From positions 372,001 through 436,000 of the forward strand of contig JAIVFI010000001.1 in assembly GCA_025558095.1 (NCBI GenBank): a stretch of DNA of 64,000 nucleotides, in the 5' to 3' direction. The number at the start of each line of letters is the position of its first letter. Positions within the stretch are counted from its first letter, which is position 1. The position numbers were made by a program, and so were the translations under genes. The stretch comes from Hyaloraphidium curvatum SAG 235-1 (taxonomy: Eukaryota > Fungi > Monoblepharomycota). The notes under the pieces were generated by a model. The model worked only from the letters and a program-made list of their open reading frames with translations. It searched no databases and was not told the DNA's origin. This document shows, in pieces, positions 1 through 11,865 of this stretch.

Positions 1-34
1 GTCGGAGTCCCGTACCCACATCCGTTCCCTCCAG

Positions 35-567
35 GCCCTGCAGGTCTTTGACTCCTGGGGCGGCGAGCTCTCCCCCTCCTCCTTCACCGCCTTCTCCCTC
101 CCCTACCTCTCCCAGATCCCCGAGCGCGTCCGCGCCCTCCTCGCCGCCGAGGGCCTCCCCTCGGTCCCCATCGTGGTCTTCGCCAAGGGCGCGCACTTTG
201 CCGTCGCCGAGCTGTCGGCGACGGGGTACGACGTGATCGGGCTGGACTGGACCATGCGCCCCTCCGAGGTGCGGAAGCAGCTCGAAGGGAAGGGCAAGGC
301 GGTGCAAGGCAACCTGGACCCGTGCGCGCTGTACGGCGACGCCGAGGGGATCAGGAGGGAGGCCGAGGCGATGTTCCGCGCGTTCTGCGGCGGGCAGGGG
401 GGGAGCGCGGGGTGGATCGCCAATTTGGGGCACGGGATATACCCGGACCACGACCCGGAGAAGCTGAGGGCGTACCTCGAGGCGGTGGTAAGTTGGCCGG
501 TGCGGCCGTCGCCATCGGACGCTCACGCTCCATGCAGCATGATCTCTCGAAGGAGTACTGCAAATAG
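35..567 (+). CDS. HEM12: Uroporphyrinogen decarboxylase, 3' part (gene starts before the window; last intron ~488-537)
   Basis: Motifs LQVFDSW, VFAKGAH, GYDVIGLDW, VQGNLDP and IANLGHGI; GT-AG intron before the terminal exon HDLSKEYCK*. Confidence 0.93.
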
Positions 568-727
568 ATTGGGCTGCCGTGTATTTCCCGGGGGACAGGT
601 TGCGGCGCAGGCGGCCTTGAATGATCGAGCGCGACGCCTTCTCAACTAGATTCGCCGCCGAAGAGTCCCCTCCGCGACCTCGCCGCCGCGCCGTGCCGAA
701 CATTCTACAGCATCGGCTGCGCCAACG

Positions 728-1765
728 ATGCCGCAAGACAGCAACGGACCCGCCGTCCCCGTCTCCGGGGTGCCCGAGGTTGCGATGGCGGCGGCTCGGG
801 CCCCCGGAGGGGCCGAAGCGCGGACGGACGGCGGTGCTGCGCCGGAACTCGACCCGATGGCCGTTGGAAAGGACGGGATTCGTCCGGTTTCGGTTGGGGA
901 AGGCGCGAACGGGGTTGCGGGAGGGTCGGGGACGCCACATCTCGGAGGCCCGCAACCACGGCCGGGGAGCGATGCGGGGACGGAAAGGACGTTTGCCGCC
1001 GGCGATGCGGTGGCATCGAAGCCCGAAACCGGGAACGGGGCGGTTCCTTCCGGCCCTGCTGAGGCCGGCAGCGGGCAGCCAGTGCGAAGGAAGCGGACAT
1101 TGTCGCGGACGTCGGCTGCCGCGAAAGAGCCGGTTATGACGTCCGATGATGCCGCAAGGGATCGAATGGACTCGAGGGAAGCATTGGAGGAAAGGGCCGT
1201 GGAGCCCGGGGACCCGGAGGAGGCGGGATCTGGCCTGGAGGAGGGATCAGGAGCAGATTCCGGGCCCGAGGCGGACGGGGAGGCTGCCGAAGACTCGCAG
1301 GCGGAGGAGTCGGAAGAAGAGGATGGCGATGGGAACGACTCCGCGGCCGAAGCCGACCCGGAAGAGCCGGAGGAGCGCGAACCGGGCTCCATCATGGAGG
1401 AGATCTGGCGCTCCGTCATGACCCCCGGCGTGCCCAACTCGCGGGTGCAGATGTTCTTCAACTTCATCTTCGTCCTGCTGTTCCTCTCCCTGGGCGCGCT
1501 GTTCGTCGTCAGCGGGTACAGCCTGCACGTGGTGGTGCTGATCGCCGCGGCGGTGGGGCTGTTCGGGAGCGTGCAGTGGTGGGTCACGTCGGTGCGACGG
1601 TGGTTTCGGGGGCTGATCTTTGCCTGAAGGTTCCTGCAGGAAGCTGCTATGGTCGAAGAGGCGGCGAAGGAGGCAGAGAGGAGGAAGAGATCCGCGGCCA
1701 AGGATGCTGAAGACAAGGAGGGAGGGGAATCTCACGGGGCCGCGGAGGGAAAGAAGACGCGATGA
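728..1765 (+). CDS. PKR1: ER V-ATPase assembly factor Pkr1-like membrane protein with long acidic N-terminus (intron ~1580-1629)
   Basis: IWRSVMTPGVPN followed by two hydrophobic helices ending SVQWF, then a charged tail; matches the Pkr1 pattern from memory. Confidence 0.7.
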
Positions 1766-1791
1766 GACACAGGTGTCTTCCTCACTACACC

Positions 1792-2691
1792 TTAGGGTAT
1801 CTCCACTATAATCGAGGCCCCTCCTGCTCCGTCCGGCACGGCGTAATCGAAGAGATACCGGCCCGGCGAGTCGTCCGGCAGGGTGGAGGCCATCAACGTG
1901 GCGTACTGCCTCGGGTTCAAATGGAACACCTCGTGGCTTCCGGGCGAGGGGCGGGCCCCGGTCGGACGGCACTTGGCGCTCTGGGCTGCCATTTCGCACG
2001 CCAGGGCGGAGCACCACGGAGATTGATCGACTGCCATTGGGTGAGAACAGATGTGAAAGGAGCGGACAAGTCAGACCCACAGGAAAAGTAGTCCTCGAAG
2101 ATCTCCGCGCCCTCGGGGATGTCCGTGGCAGCAACCGACGCAGTCTCGCCGTGGACGAGCCCCAGAGCTTCGTAGGAGCCGTAAACGTCCGCAGCACCGG
2201 CCGAATTGGGCGACGGCGAATGGTTGACGTAGCGGGCGTCGTCGAGGCAGAAGATGAACTTGTCGCTGTCGGCTGTTGCCAGGGGGCGAGCAAAGTGTCA
2301 GCGCGGTCCGACCGAACGGGAGCCGACGGCAACCTTCGTAGTAGCCGTAGATGTGCAGAGCGTCCAGAAGCTTTTGGTACCTCGACGGAGAAAGCTCCGC
2401 GGCCCAAACAACCAGGCCGTGCTGTGTCTGCCCCACCCGCAGCACCCTCCCCTCGTCCATGGCCCACCACACGTAGCCGCTTGGAATGCGCTCGACCGCA
2501 AAGAGTCCGTAGCCATGCACGCCGCTCCGCACGGCGCGATGGACGTTTGCGCGGGCGAGCGCGCCGGCGGGGGGCACAGCGGCCGGCGGGCTCGGACCCC
2601 CGGCAGGAAGCGCTGGCCGAGGCGCCGGAGGGGCAGACGGGGGAGTGGCGGCATTGGGCGACACCGCGGGCCCCGCCGCGGCGTCGGGCAT
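1792..2691 (-). CDS. Small SET-domain protein (multi-exon)
   Basis: RSGVHGYGLFAVERIPSG, DDARYVNHSPSPN and DIPEGAEIFEDY SET motifs across spliced exons. Confidence 0.8.
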
Positions 2692-3005
2692 CGGTGTTGG
2701 CGGCACCGCCGGGCCGGTCAGGGCGCTCGTTAGGCAGGGACGAGCGACCCGGCGGACGGATGCAACCGCGGGGCATCATCTCATCTACGCGGGAGGCTGG
2801 GCATTCAGTCCGGTGATGGTCTGATCAGCCGCAGCACGGGTTTGCAGATCCATAGGGATCGATTGGTGAGCGTGGGTATGCGCCGCGGGCCAGGCGCGAG
2901 TAGCAGCAGGTGAGTCGGGCTTCCCTTCCCTGCAACCCCGCGTTCAGGGTCCAAGCACTCCGCCGTCCACGGTCCCTCCCGCCCATCGCGGGACGCGGCG
3001 GGACG

Positions 3006-6000
3006 ATGGACGCGCCCGTCAACTTCCAGCTCATCGGTCTCGAGGCGCTCCTCCTGCTGTACAAAAAGTGCGGTCCGCGTGAACCGTCGTGACGCCCCCT
3101 GACTCCGGGCCCGTCTCCCCGCTCCATCACGCGTCTTTCGCGCCGCAGGGGCGTCCTCTCGCACTCCAAAGATGTCGAGGTACGTCGCCCGCTCGCGATG
3201 GCCCATCGCCCGGCCTTCCGGGGGTTGCCGTGCTCCCGTGGGCTCCCAGCTCACCGCCAGGGCCCGCTCCCAGGCTCAAGTCGAGCAGGCTTACACCTCG
3301 CTTCCCAAGTCGTGGAAGAAGAAGCTTCGCGACGCCATGGACGAGCTCATCAAGGCGGGCCTCGTGCTCAAGGTAGGCGGGGGAATGATCTGCTTCCCGC
3401 TGCCGCCGACGCCTGCCACGCCAGGAAATCGAAGACACCGAGGAGTACTACGGCGTCACCGATGCCATGAAGTCCGACATCCGCAGCATCCTCCGCTACG
3501 ACCCGAACCGGAGCGAATGGGATCACGCGGTGCTCGAGCAGCTGCTGGGCCTCAAGCCGACCCGCGCCGAGCTGACGACCCGCGCGCGCCCCGAGGCCGA
3601 GGCGGAAGCCGACGACCCGGGCAAGAAGCGCCGCAGGGGCACGCCGGCCAAGCGCGGCGACAAGTCGGCTTCGCTGGTGACGCCCCCGGCGACCCCGGCC
3701 GACGCTGCAGCGCCCCGCGTGGGCAAGTCCAAGGCGACCGTGCCCCGTTCCAGGCAGAAGGCCTCGCGGGTCGAGGAGGAGGCCGAGGAAGCCGAGGAGT
3801 TCTTCGAGGAGGAGGCTGCGGCCGAGGAGGAGGCCGAGTACGACGAGGAAGCCGCCGCGGACGAAGACTACGAGGAGGAAAGCCCCGCGGCCAAGAGGGC
3901 TCGGACGGACGATGCTCAGTTCGAGGAGGACATCGAGGACGAGATGGCCGAGGAGGAGGATGAACTGGAATCGCCCGAGCCGGAGGCCCCCAAGCGCAGC
4001 GGTGAGGTTCCGTTGGATGCGGTGGCAAGCAGATACTGAATGGCTTCTGCAGGCTGGTTTGGCGTGATCAGGAACCTGATGGGATCGCGGCCCAAGGAGG
4101 TTGCCCAACCGTCCGCCGGAGAGTCCCAGGACACGCAGCTCAGCGCTCCGACCGCGGTCGACGATGCGGAGGAAGTGGACGGGGAAGAGCCTGCGGAGCA
4201 AGCCGTGGTCCCGGCCCCTAAGCAGTCGGCGGGATTCCTCGGCGGGCTCTTTGGCCGCAAGACGACCGAGACAACGGAGACGGTGCAGATGACGGTCGAC
4301 GAGTCGTCCGACTCGGCCGCCGAGCTCGAGAGGATCAAGAGGGAGGCTGCCGAGGCCGCGGGCCGACTGGACGTGATCGAGAGCCTCTTGGAGGGCATGA
4401 GCGCCTCAACCAAGCAGCAGGTGACGACGATCACGCGCAGGTTCGAGACCGAGAGGCTCGATGCGCAGGTGGGTTTCGTCGTGAACCAACGCCGCCAATC
4501 GAACTAATGGTCACAAATGGCATTGCAGCACCGAATCGGCGATCTGGAGAATCAGCTGGCCAACTCCCGCGTGCGCGTCCGGGAGCTCACAGTCCAGCTC
4601 CGCGACCTCGAAGAGCGGGAACGCGGGGCAGTCGATGCGCTTGGGCAGCTCGCAGCTCCCCGGGAGGCGCCGACCGACCTCGAGAACCTGCTTCGGCGCT
4701 ACGAGGAGGAATCGGAGAAGCTCGGCGGCGTCATTTCCCGGCTTTCGGACGCCGACGACCAGAAGCAGCAGGATGCGGTCGACAAGCTGCGGAAGGACCT
4801 GCAGGCTGCGCGGGACAAGAGCAAAGCCGACCTTGCCAAGGCGACGAAGAAGTTCGAGGACGAGAAGGCGGATCTACTCGTGCGTGCCTTTTCCGCGCGT
4901 CACTAGCTGCTCTTGACGTGGCTTTACTCAGCGTCGCATCGCTGAGCTCGAAAAGGCGGCCCCGGCCACGCGGGCCGCCAAGGGAGCGGAGTCCCAGGCC
5001 CCTGTGGCTTCCAAGCAGCGCGAGCAGGAGCAGCAGAAGCTGGTGGAAGAGAAGCAAGGGCTCGAGAACAGGGTCGCGGAGCTGGAGAAGCGGCTTTCGG
5101 ATTCCAAGGCCCGCATCGGTGCGCTCAACGGGGAGCTGGGCGCGGCCAAGGACAAGCTCAAGTCGGAGGTGCGCGCCATCAAGGATGCCGCGGAGAAGGA
5201 AAAGGCGGAGCTTCTCGTGGGTTCCTCCGCTGGGATGGATTGCTTCGTGGAGACTCATTACCAATTGAGCAGGGCATCAACACGGATCTTTCGACCCAGG
5301 TCACGGCAGCGGCGGCGCGGATCCTTTCCATGGAAACCGATCTCCTCGCCACGCGGCGCGAGAAGGACGGGCTGCAGGCGAGGGTGCTCTCGCTCTTGAG
5401 GGAGCTCAAGGAGAAGGAAGATGCCGGTCAGCGTTCCAGTGCCGACGCCCGTAAGCAAGCTGCAGAAGCAACGGACCTCAAGCGTCAGCTCGCGGCGAAA
5501 GAAGCCGCCCTGCAGAAGCTGCAGGACCGCATTGGAGGGCTGGAAAAGGAGCTTTCGGCGGGCGCCTCAGGCCGCATGGGGCTGGAGTCCGAGCTTGCCA
5601 TCGTCAACAAGGAGAAGGAGGCGCTACTCACGCGTCTCGAACGGTTGTTCGCTACGAGCACCGATCATGATGAGCGTTTGGAAAGGGCGCAGTCGGAGCT
5701 TCGTGAGCGCTCCATGGAACTCGTTACGCTGAAGCGCGAGTTGTCATTGCGCGATGTGAGCCGAGACCCTTCGTGTTTGTAGAACCGGTTCTAACACCGA
5801 TCTTAGGGGCCTACCAGCGCGCTGCAAACGCAGATTGCCGGGCTTCAGCGCGACCTGGACCGCACGAGACTCGAAAAGACGAGGATCGAGTCGCGCGCTG
5901 CCGAGCTGGGGGCGCAGGTTGCGCAGCTTCAAGGGGAGCTGAGCGCCAAGGCGGCTGAATTGGAGGATGTCAATGGAGTTCGTCGGCGGGACGCGGACCG

Positions 6001-7538
6001 TTTCAAGGCCGAGCTCGAAGAGAAGAACGATGCTTTGCGGGCGCTTCGCAAGGCCGCCGAGCAGAAAGATGCACGGATCGAGGCGTTGGAAGCGGCTCGA
6101 TTGGCAGCTGCGGAACGCCTCCGTGGTCTCGAAGAACAGGCTGCGGACGTTTTGGCCAAGAGCCTGACATCAGAGGTATGTCAGGTCCTCTTTCGCAACT
6201 TTGGCGGAGCTGATCGGGTGCAACGACCAACCTCAGACGAATGCAATGGTTCAAATCCAGGACCTCTCGTTGCAACTCGAGGATGCTCGTGCGGCGTTGG
6301 CCCGGGCTGAAGATGACAAGGCGGAACAAGCGTCGCAGATCGAAAGTGCGAACGCCCGAGACGTTGAGCTCATCAAGGACCAGCACAAGGTTGCGTTGGA
6401 TGGTCTGGAGGCAGCGCTGGCCCTGCGTGGGAGGGAGCTTGAGGACCTGCAAGGGCAGCTCTTGGCAGCCGATGCAAAAGCACAGGAGAAGGAGCGAGAA
6501 GCGGATGAGCTCACCAAGCTCGTCAGACGGCGCAACCAAGAGCTTAAGGACCTGCAGGAGTCTGTGCGCACCAGTGATGACCGCACCGGGGGCCTTCTAT
6601 CGGAGCTGGAGAAGCTGAAGCGTGACCTGGCTGCCAAGGACGTGGGTTTTCTGTTGCGAACCTCGGCCGATCTCGCGGCTGATTATGGATTAGGACGAGC
6701 TCAAGGTGCTCGAAGGAGAGCTCGCGGCAAAAGATGCCGCCGCTTTGCGCGTCCGCGAAGAGCTCACTCGGCTTTCGACGCTCGAGCTGGCAAACAAGGA
6801 GCTCGATCAGCGCGCCCGCCTGCTGCAGAAGGAGCTCGATGACGCGACGAAAGCTTTGGATGCGGCTGCAAGGAGCGCATCGGAGGAGCAGGCAAAGTTG
6901 GCCGACCAAGTCAAGAAGCTGGAGTCTAGGCTGGATCGGACCCGCAAGGAGCTGAACGATGCCGCCGGAGCTCTGGCGGAGCGGGACAACAGGGTGGCCG
7001 AGCTTCAAGGACAGCTTCAGAACCTGGACGCGAAGTGGAAAGATGCTCTCAAGCAGCAGGAGCCGCTCCGCGCAGAGATCGACCGCCACAAGAAGATAGC
7101 AGAGAACGTGGAGCGCCAGCTGACTCAGTCGCTCTCGAAGCTGAAGAAGGCCCAAGATGCTGCCGATGCGAAGCAGAAGGAACTGGACGAAGTAACAAGG
7201 TAGGGAAACGTTCCTGAGTGGAAGATGCATTGATTGGGCTGACTTGCATGATCAGGACGCTTGTGGAGCGCTCAGACGAGGTCACCAACCTTACCGCCGT
7301 GCGTGCAAGGTTGGAGCAGATGCTTGCGCAGCGCGAGGACTTCTACAAGCGCCTGGAGCGCGATGCTGCGGTCGCTAGGCAGGAAGATGCGGCAATGGCG
7401 CAGGCCCTTGATGCGATTCAGGTCACCACGCGGCTCACTGTCACCGAATCCACGGAGAGAACTGCCAGGCAAGGGGCGTCGCCCAGTCGCCGGAGGCGGG
7501 CCAGCCCTGCTGTTCGAGTTGGGGAATCGTCTTCGTAA
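3006..7538 (+). CDS. Very large multi-exon coiled-coil protein with N-terminal globular domain, KKRRR NLS-like motif and acidic tract
   Basis: Successive heptad-rich ORFs (3467-4010, 4052-4469, 4517-4880, 5004-5217, 5271-5755, 5960-6176, 6235-6641, 6706-7199) joined by short GT-AG introns; 3' end uncertain. Confidence 0.7.
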
Positions 7539-7545
7539 TCGTCAA

Positions 7546-10500
7546 TCAGGCTGTACATCGAAACTCTCTCTTCAGCCGCCGTATCCAGGGTATCGTGCCT
7601 GTAACGTTCAAACACAATGCCTTGCCCAGAGTCCCACGCTGCACCATTGCCCTCCTGTACAACGGTTGCCACCTCGTCGCGGCAGGAGCGGAAGCAGCTG
7701 CCGCTGCGTAATGCCCGTCCGCCTGGTCCTCAACGCCAAGTCCTTCCCAGTACATCCCGATCCACAAATGAAGCAATGAATTGCCGGGCAACTTCTGCAG
7801 ACGCTTCTCGAGATCCTCGTACGTTGCCAAACTCATCTGCGTAATGATGGTCTTGTGGTAATCGACGAGCTCCTCCAGAGGATAATCATTCGGATGCATC
7901 GTCCGCAGCATCGGGACCACCTCGGGATAACGCGTCATGTCCCTCTGCATCGACTTGGACTTGTACCGGTAGTAGAGCAGGAAGTCCGGGATCTTGTGGA
8001 CCCGCACGTCCGGCCGGATCCCTGACAACGAGATCCACATGTTCCAATCCTCGTTGCCCCACGGCAGCACCTCGGTGTAGCCGCCCACGGTTTCCCAATC
8101 CGCTTTCCGGTAGACCGTGTTGACCGGAAATTGTCCCGAGTACAGGGTTCCCTTCCTGGAGAAGTCCGGCGTGTGCCATTTCCAATCCGATTCGTAGAAG
8201 AACTGCTGGTTCGAGTAGATCATAGTGAGGGATGGATCCCTCGCAATGACGGCAGCGACGGAACGCAAGTAGTCCGGATGGAGATAGTCGTCCGCATCCA
8301 AAGCGCAAATCCACTCGCCGATCGCACGTTCGATGCCGTAGTTCCTGGCGGAAGACAGGCCTCCGTTCGGCTTCGTGTAGGTCCGGATGCGGTTCGAGGC
8401 AAATGTTCGCCGGTATTCGTCGGCATCTGCCTTGCATCGGTCCGTGCTGGCGTCATCGACGACGATCATCTCCCAATTCGTGAAAGTCTGCCCGACGACA
8501 CTGTTCAGAGCTTCGTACAGGAAGTGCGCTTGGTTGTAGCACGGTACAATCACGGATATGAAAGGCTGCAGAGATCAGACCAACGTCAGGAACACTGACT
8601 ACGAGGAATGCGCGGGCAACTCGCCTCCGAAGCACCCATGATTCGCGTGTCGGAGTGCGACTGCCCCGCATGGAACACGAACCAGGCGGTAAACACGGCG
8701 AGCGCAGTCGTTTGGATCCATGGCGCCTGAAACCATCGGCGACCTCGCCTGATGAAGCGATGGCGGACGAGAAGGACCCGCACACGCTCGAGAACGAATG
8801 TCAAAAGACTCCACAAGGTTACTCTGCAAGATACCGAGCGAACAATCAAATTCGATGCCGAGGAACGATAGCAGCCGGATAACTTACTGAAGGAGCAGCT
8901 GTCCTGGGGACGATGAGCGGCTGCGGTATGCCACAACCGAACGTGGTTGAAGCGGCAGTGCCAGCCATGGGTTCAACCCCGATTCACGGCACGACTTGCG
9001 CCACACGAGATTGAGAGAGCCGTCGTCCGTACTGAGAAAGATCCGAGTGGATCCACTCGTCCAGCAGAGGTGCCGTACGCGGAAAACCGTGCCTCGTTCT
9101 GTTGGTATCCTCTCGACGGCAATGGAGTACACGACAGACGTGTTCTCAATCAGGTTGCCAAGCCTAGACTCGTCTATGTGGTGCTCAAACGCGAACTCGA
9201 GAGTTTCGGAAGCCTCGTCGACTGCCAGCTCGGAATTCGGGGCCAGGGGCTCGAACCTGTTCCCTTTGCGCACGGAGACGCCTTTCGGCACGAAAGGCTG
9301 CGGGCGGTCCCACACTTCGACGAAGCTAAGCGCGTAGTTCCAAAGCCGCAGTCGCCGTGCGATTGCTCCTTGACCCGCCGCAGGAGCGTGAGCAGATACG
9401 GGAACCAAATCGAATTGAACGCTGTGCGCCGCAACATAACGGCCATCGATGAACACCGTGCCGATCGAAAACGTCCGTGATAGAACAAGCGTCAGGCGCA
9501 CCGTAGCACCGGCACGACTTTGGCCATCAATGGAAACAAGTGTTTGGCTCGAACCGAACTCGTGAAGAACAACAGTCAACAAGAACAGGCCATGCGCGCT
9601 TGGCCGCAAAGAAACGGCGATCGCTCTCGAGGGCGAAAACAAGATCTGGAAACTGCAAGGCTGCCGGGCGGATAAGTGGTCCGTGCACTGAATGTCTGCT
9701 GATATAGCGTCGAAACTGATGTGGCCGGGTTGATCACGCTGAGCCATCCCTATCCCGACCCACAGACAGGGCACTCCGCTCGTCTCATACCCGCTGTCAC
9801 AAACGGCAGAAAATCCGGTGCGAAGCACCTTCTCCAGTGCGACGCGAGTAGCGCGGAAAGCTCCCTCATCCCAAACAAGATCGACCAGGAGCTGATCACT
9901 TGATCCGAACACAGAAGAGGCGGGTGCTGGTGCGCCAAGTGCAAGGTTGGACACAGCCTCGACCGTCAACGGAGCTGCCGGGGACAAGTCAATCAACGCG
10001 GAGCGGATAAGAGAACATACTCACTTTCAAAGGTGCGATTCGCCAGCCAGGCCTCTGGCGGGGTCTTGGAAAAGATAAGCAGAGCTCCCAGGGTCATCCG
10101 TGTTTTTGCAAAGCGCTGCCGATCTTCCCCAAAGAGGACCGCGGTTCGTGTCCCAATCCAAAGCCCGAGCACACCTTCCGTTCGATCCAAAGGCGTGTGC
10201 GCTCTTCGAGAACCATGCACCCAAAGAGCCACTTCGTTGGCGCTGGCATCCATGGTCACGGCAACCGTAATCCAACCATTTTCATAGCTTCGAAGGCACC
10301 AATCAGAGCACGTGGCGCACGTGTAAAGCATGCACCAACCCATCGCGATCCAGCGGAGTGGAAGAGATGGGCTGAAACATTGACGGAAGCCCGAACTTGC
10401 CGAAAGCTCGATACTCGAGCTCCAGCGCAGAACCTGTCTTCAGCTTCCGGTATGCTGTAGACAAGCAGAGGAATGAATTGGTGGTTTCAACCGTCGCGAG

Positions 10501-11744
10501 ATCCTGGCCGGCTTCGACCCCATATGGCAGCTTTATCCTAAGGGCGATCCCCAGAGTGCCTGTTGTAAGCTCCATGTGGTCCAAGGGGACGAAGGCGTAC
10601 GAGGTTGAGCCGTTGAACGCCATCCCATGGCCATGGAGGGCGATATCTGCCAGCTCCGGCCTTGTTCCTTGTAGGATGCCTCTCGAAAAGAAGCCCTCTT
10701 CATAGTCGCCGCGGCCAACCATCCACAGACCGCCTGCGCGAAGATGAGACATGCACAATCAGCGGGATGCCAGCGGACTTACCGATTAGCGGACTGCGGT
10801 CTGAATTGACGGGGCTGTCCGTTGCACATGGCACGGCATCCTGGAAAAGCTCTCGTCCATCAACGGAGAGCAAGGTTCTCAAAAAGCAAGCAAGTGCCGT
10901 TGGTACGCTCCTCAAGCGCTTCAGAGTCAGCGAGGGAAATCCGAAGCTTTGCGCCTTGTGATCCCAAAGCTTCACGGCGTACTGATTGTCTGGGCACCAG
11001 GACAGCCCAAAATTGAGGACGGAGAGGTCGTTGTGCCTAAACTCCGGCCACAGCAGGGTCCCCGCCTTCAGGATAGTGACGTCCGCTCTCTTGCGCCGGA
11101 AAAGTTGCTTCGACACCTCGTCCACTTTCATGTCCGGCTTCTTCAGGAGCGCGACCCACTCGGAAGCAAAACGGGAGGACCGCTCGGACATGAGCAGCGC
11201 CGTTGGGTAACCGGTCCCTCCGTCTGACAAGGCAAGGTCGTGAACGGCCGCCCCGTGCCATCTGCAAGAGGTACCTACCATCCGACGCGACGAAGGACTC
11301 GGCCAGCAATGGTCGCACATCCTTGGTGAGGACCACATCGCTGTCAAGCACCAGTCCCCCGTCCCTCTGCAGGACCGCGAGCTTCAAGGCAACGAGCTTC
11401 CTCTGCCGGATCTCGTCGTCCCAGTCTCCTCTCCACGTCGGGACCGAGATCAGTTTGGTGACATGGGTGGCAGCCTTGTCCCAGAAAGATCCGGAGGGAG
11501 TTCCGCCGGGCACGTAGACGCGGATGTCCTGCACGTTCGCGAAGGCAACCAGGCTGACAACGCACGCGTAATGAATCAAATCGAACTGAAGGTCATCGTG
11601 GTGCGGCGTCCCCGGAGCCTCGAATCCGTGGAAGATCGCGGCTATCCCGGGAACGCGAATTCTCCCCGCTTCCGTCCCTTCGGCGGCGCGGCATGACAGT
11701 CCGGCGAAGGCGACGATAATCGCGAGAATAAGGCAATTCCGCAT
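7546..11744 (-). CDS. Secretory multi-domain glycosyltransferase: signal peptide + DXD (GT32-like) + LamG/ConA-like modules + GT2
   Basis: Signal MRNCLILAIIVAFAG; GGLVLDSDVVL; GMAFNGSTSYA, WITVAVTMD and LRLWNYALS (LamG-like); VIVPCYNQ...VVDDASTD...NGGLSSARN...LDADD...EDW (GT2); introns at ~11224-11278, 10734-10782, 10288-10339, 9977-10026 and 8824-8887; the link through 8568-8823 is less certain. Confidence 0.7.
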
Positions 11745-11865
11745 CGATTCATCGCGCCCGGGCCCTCAACCACGTTTGGCCATTGTGGGAAAGGCCCTCG
11801 CACCGGCGAGTTTGGCTAGAGTGTGAAAGCCCGCGCGTTCGTAATCTAATTAAACCCTACAAAAA

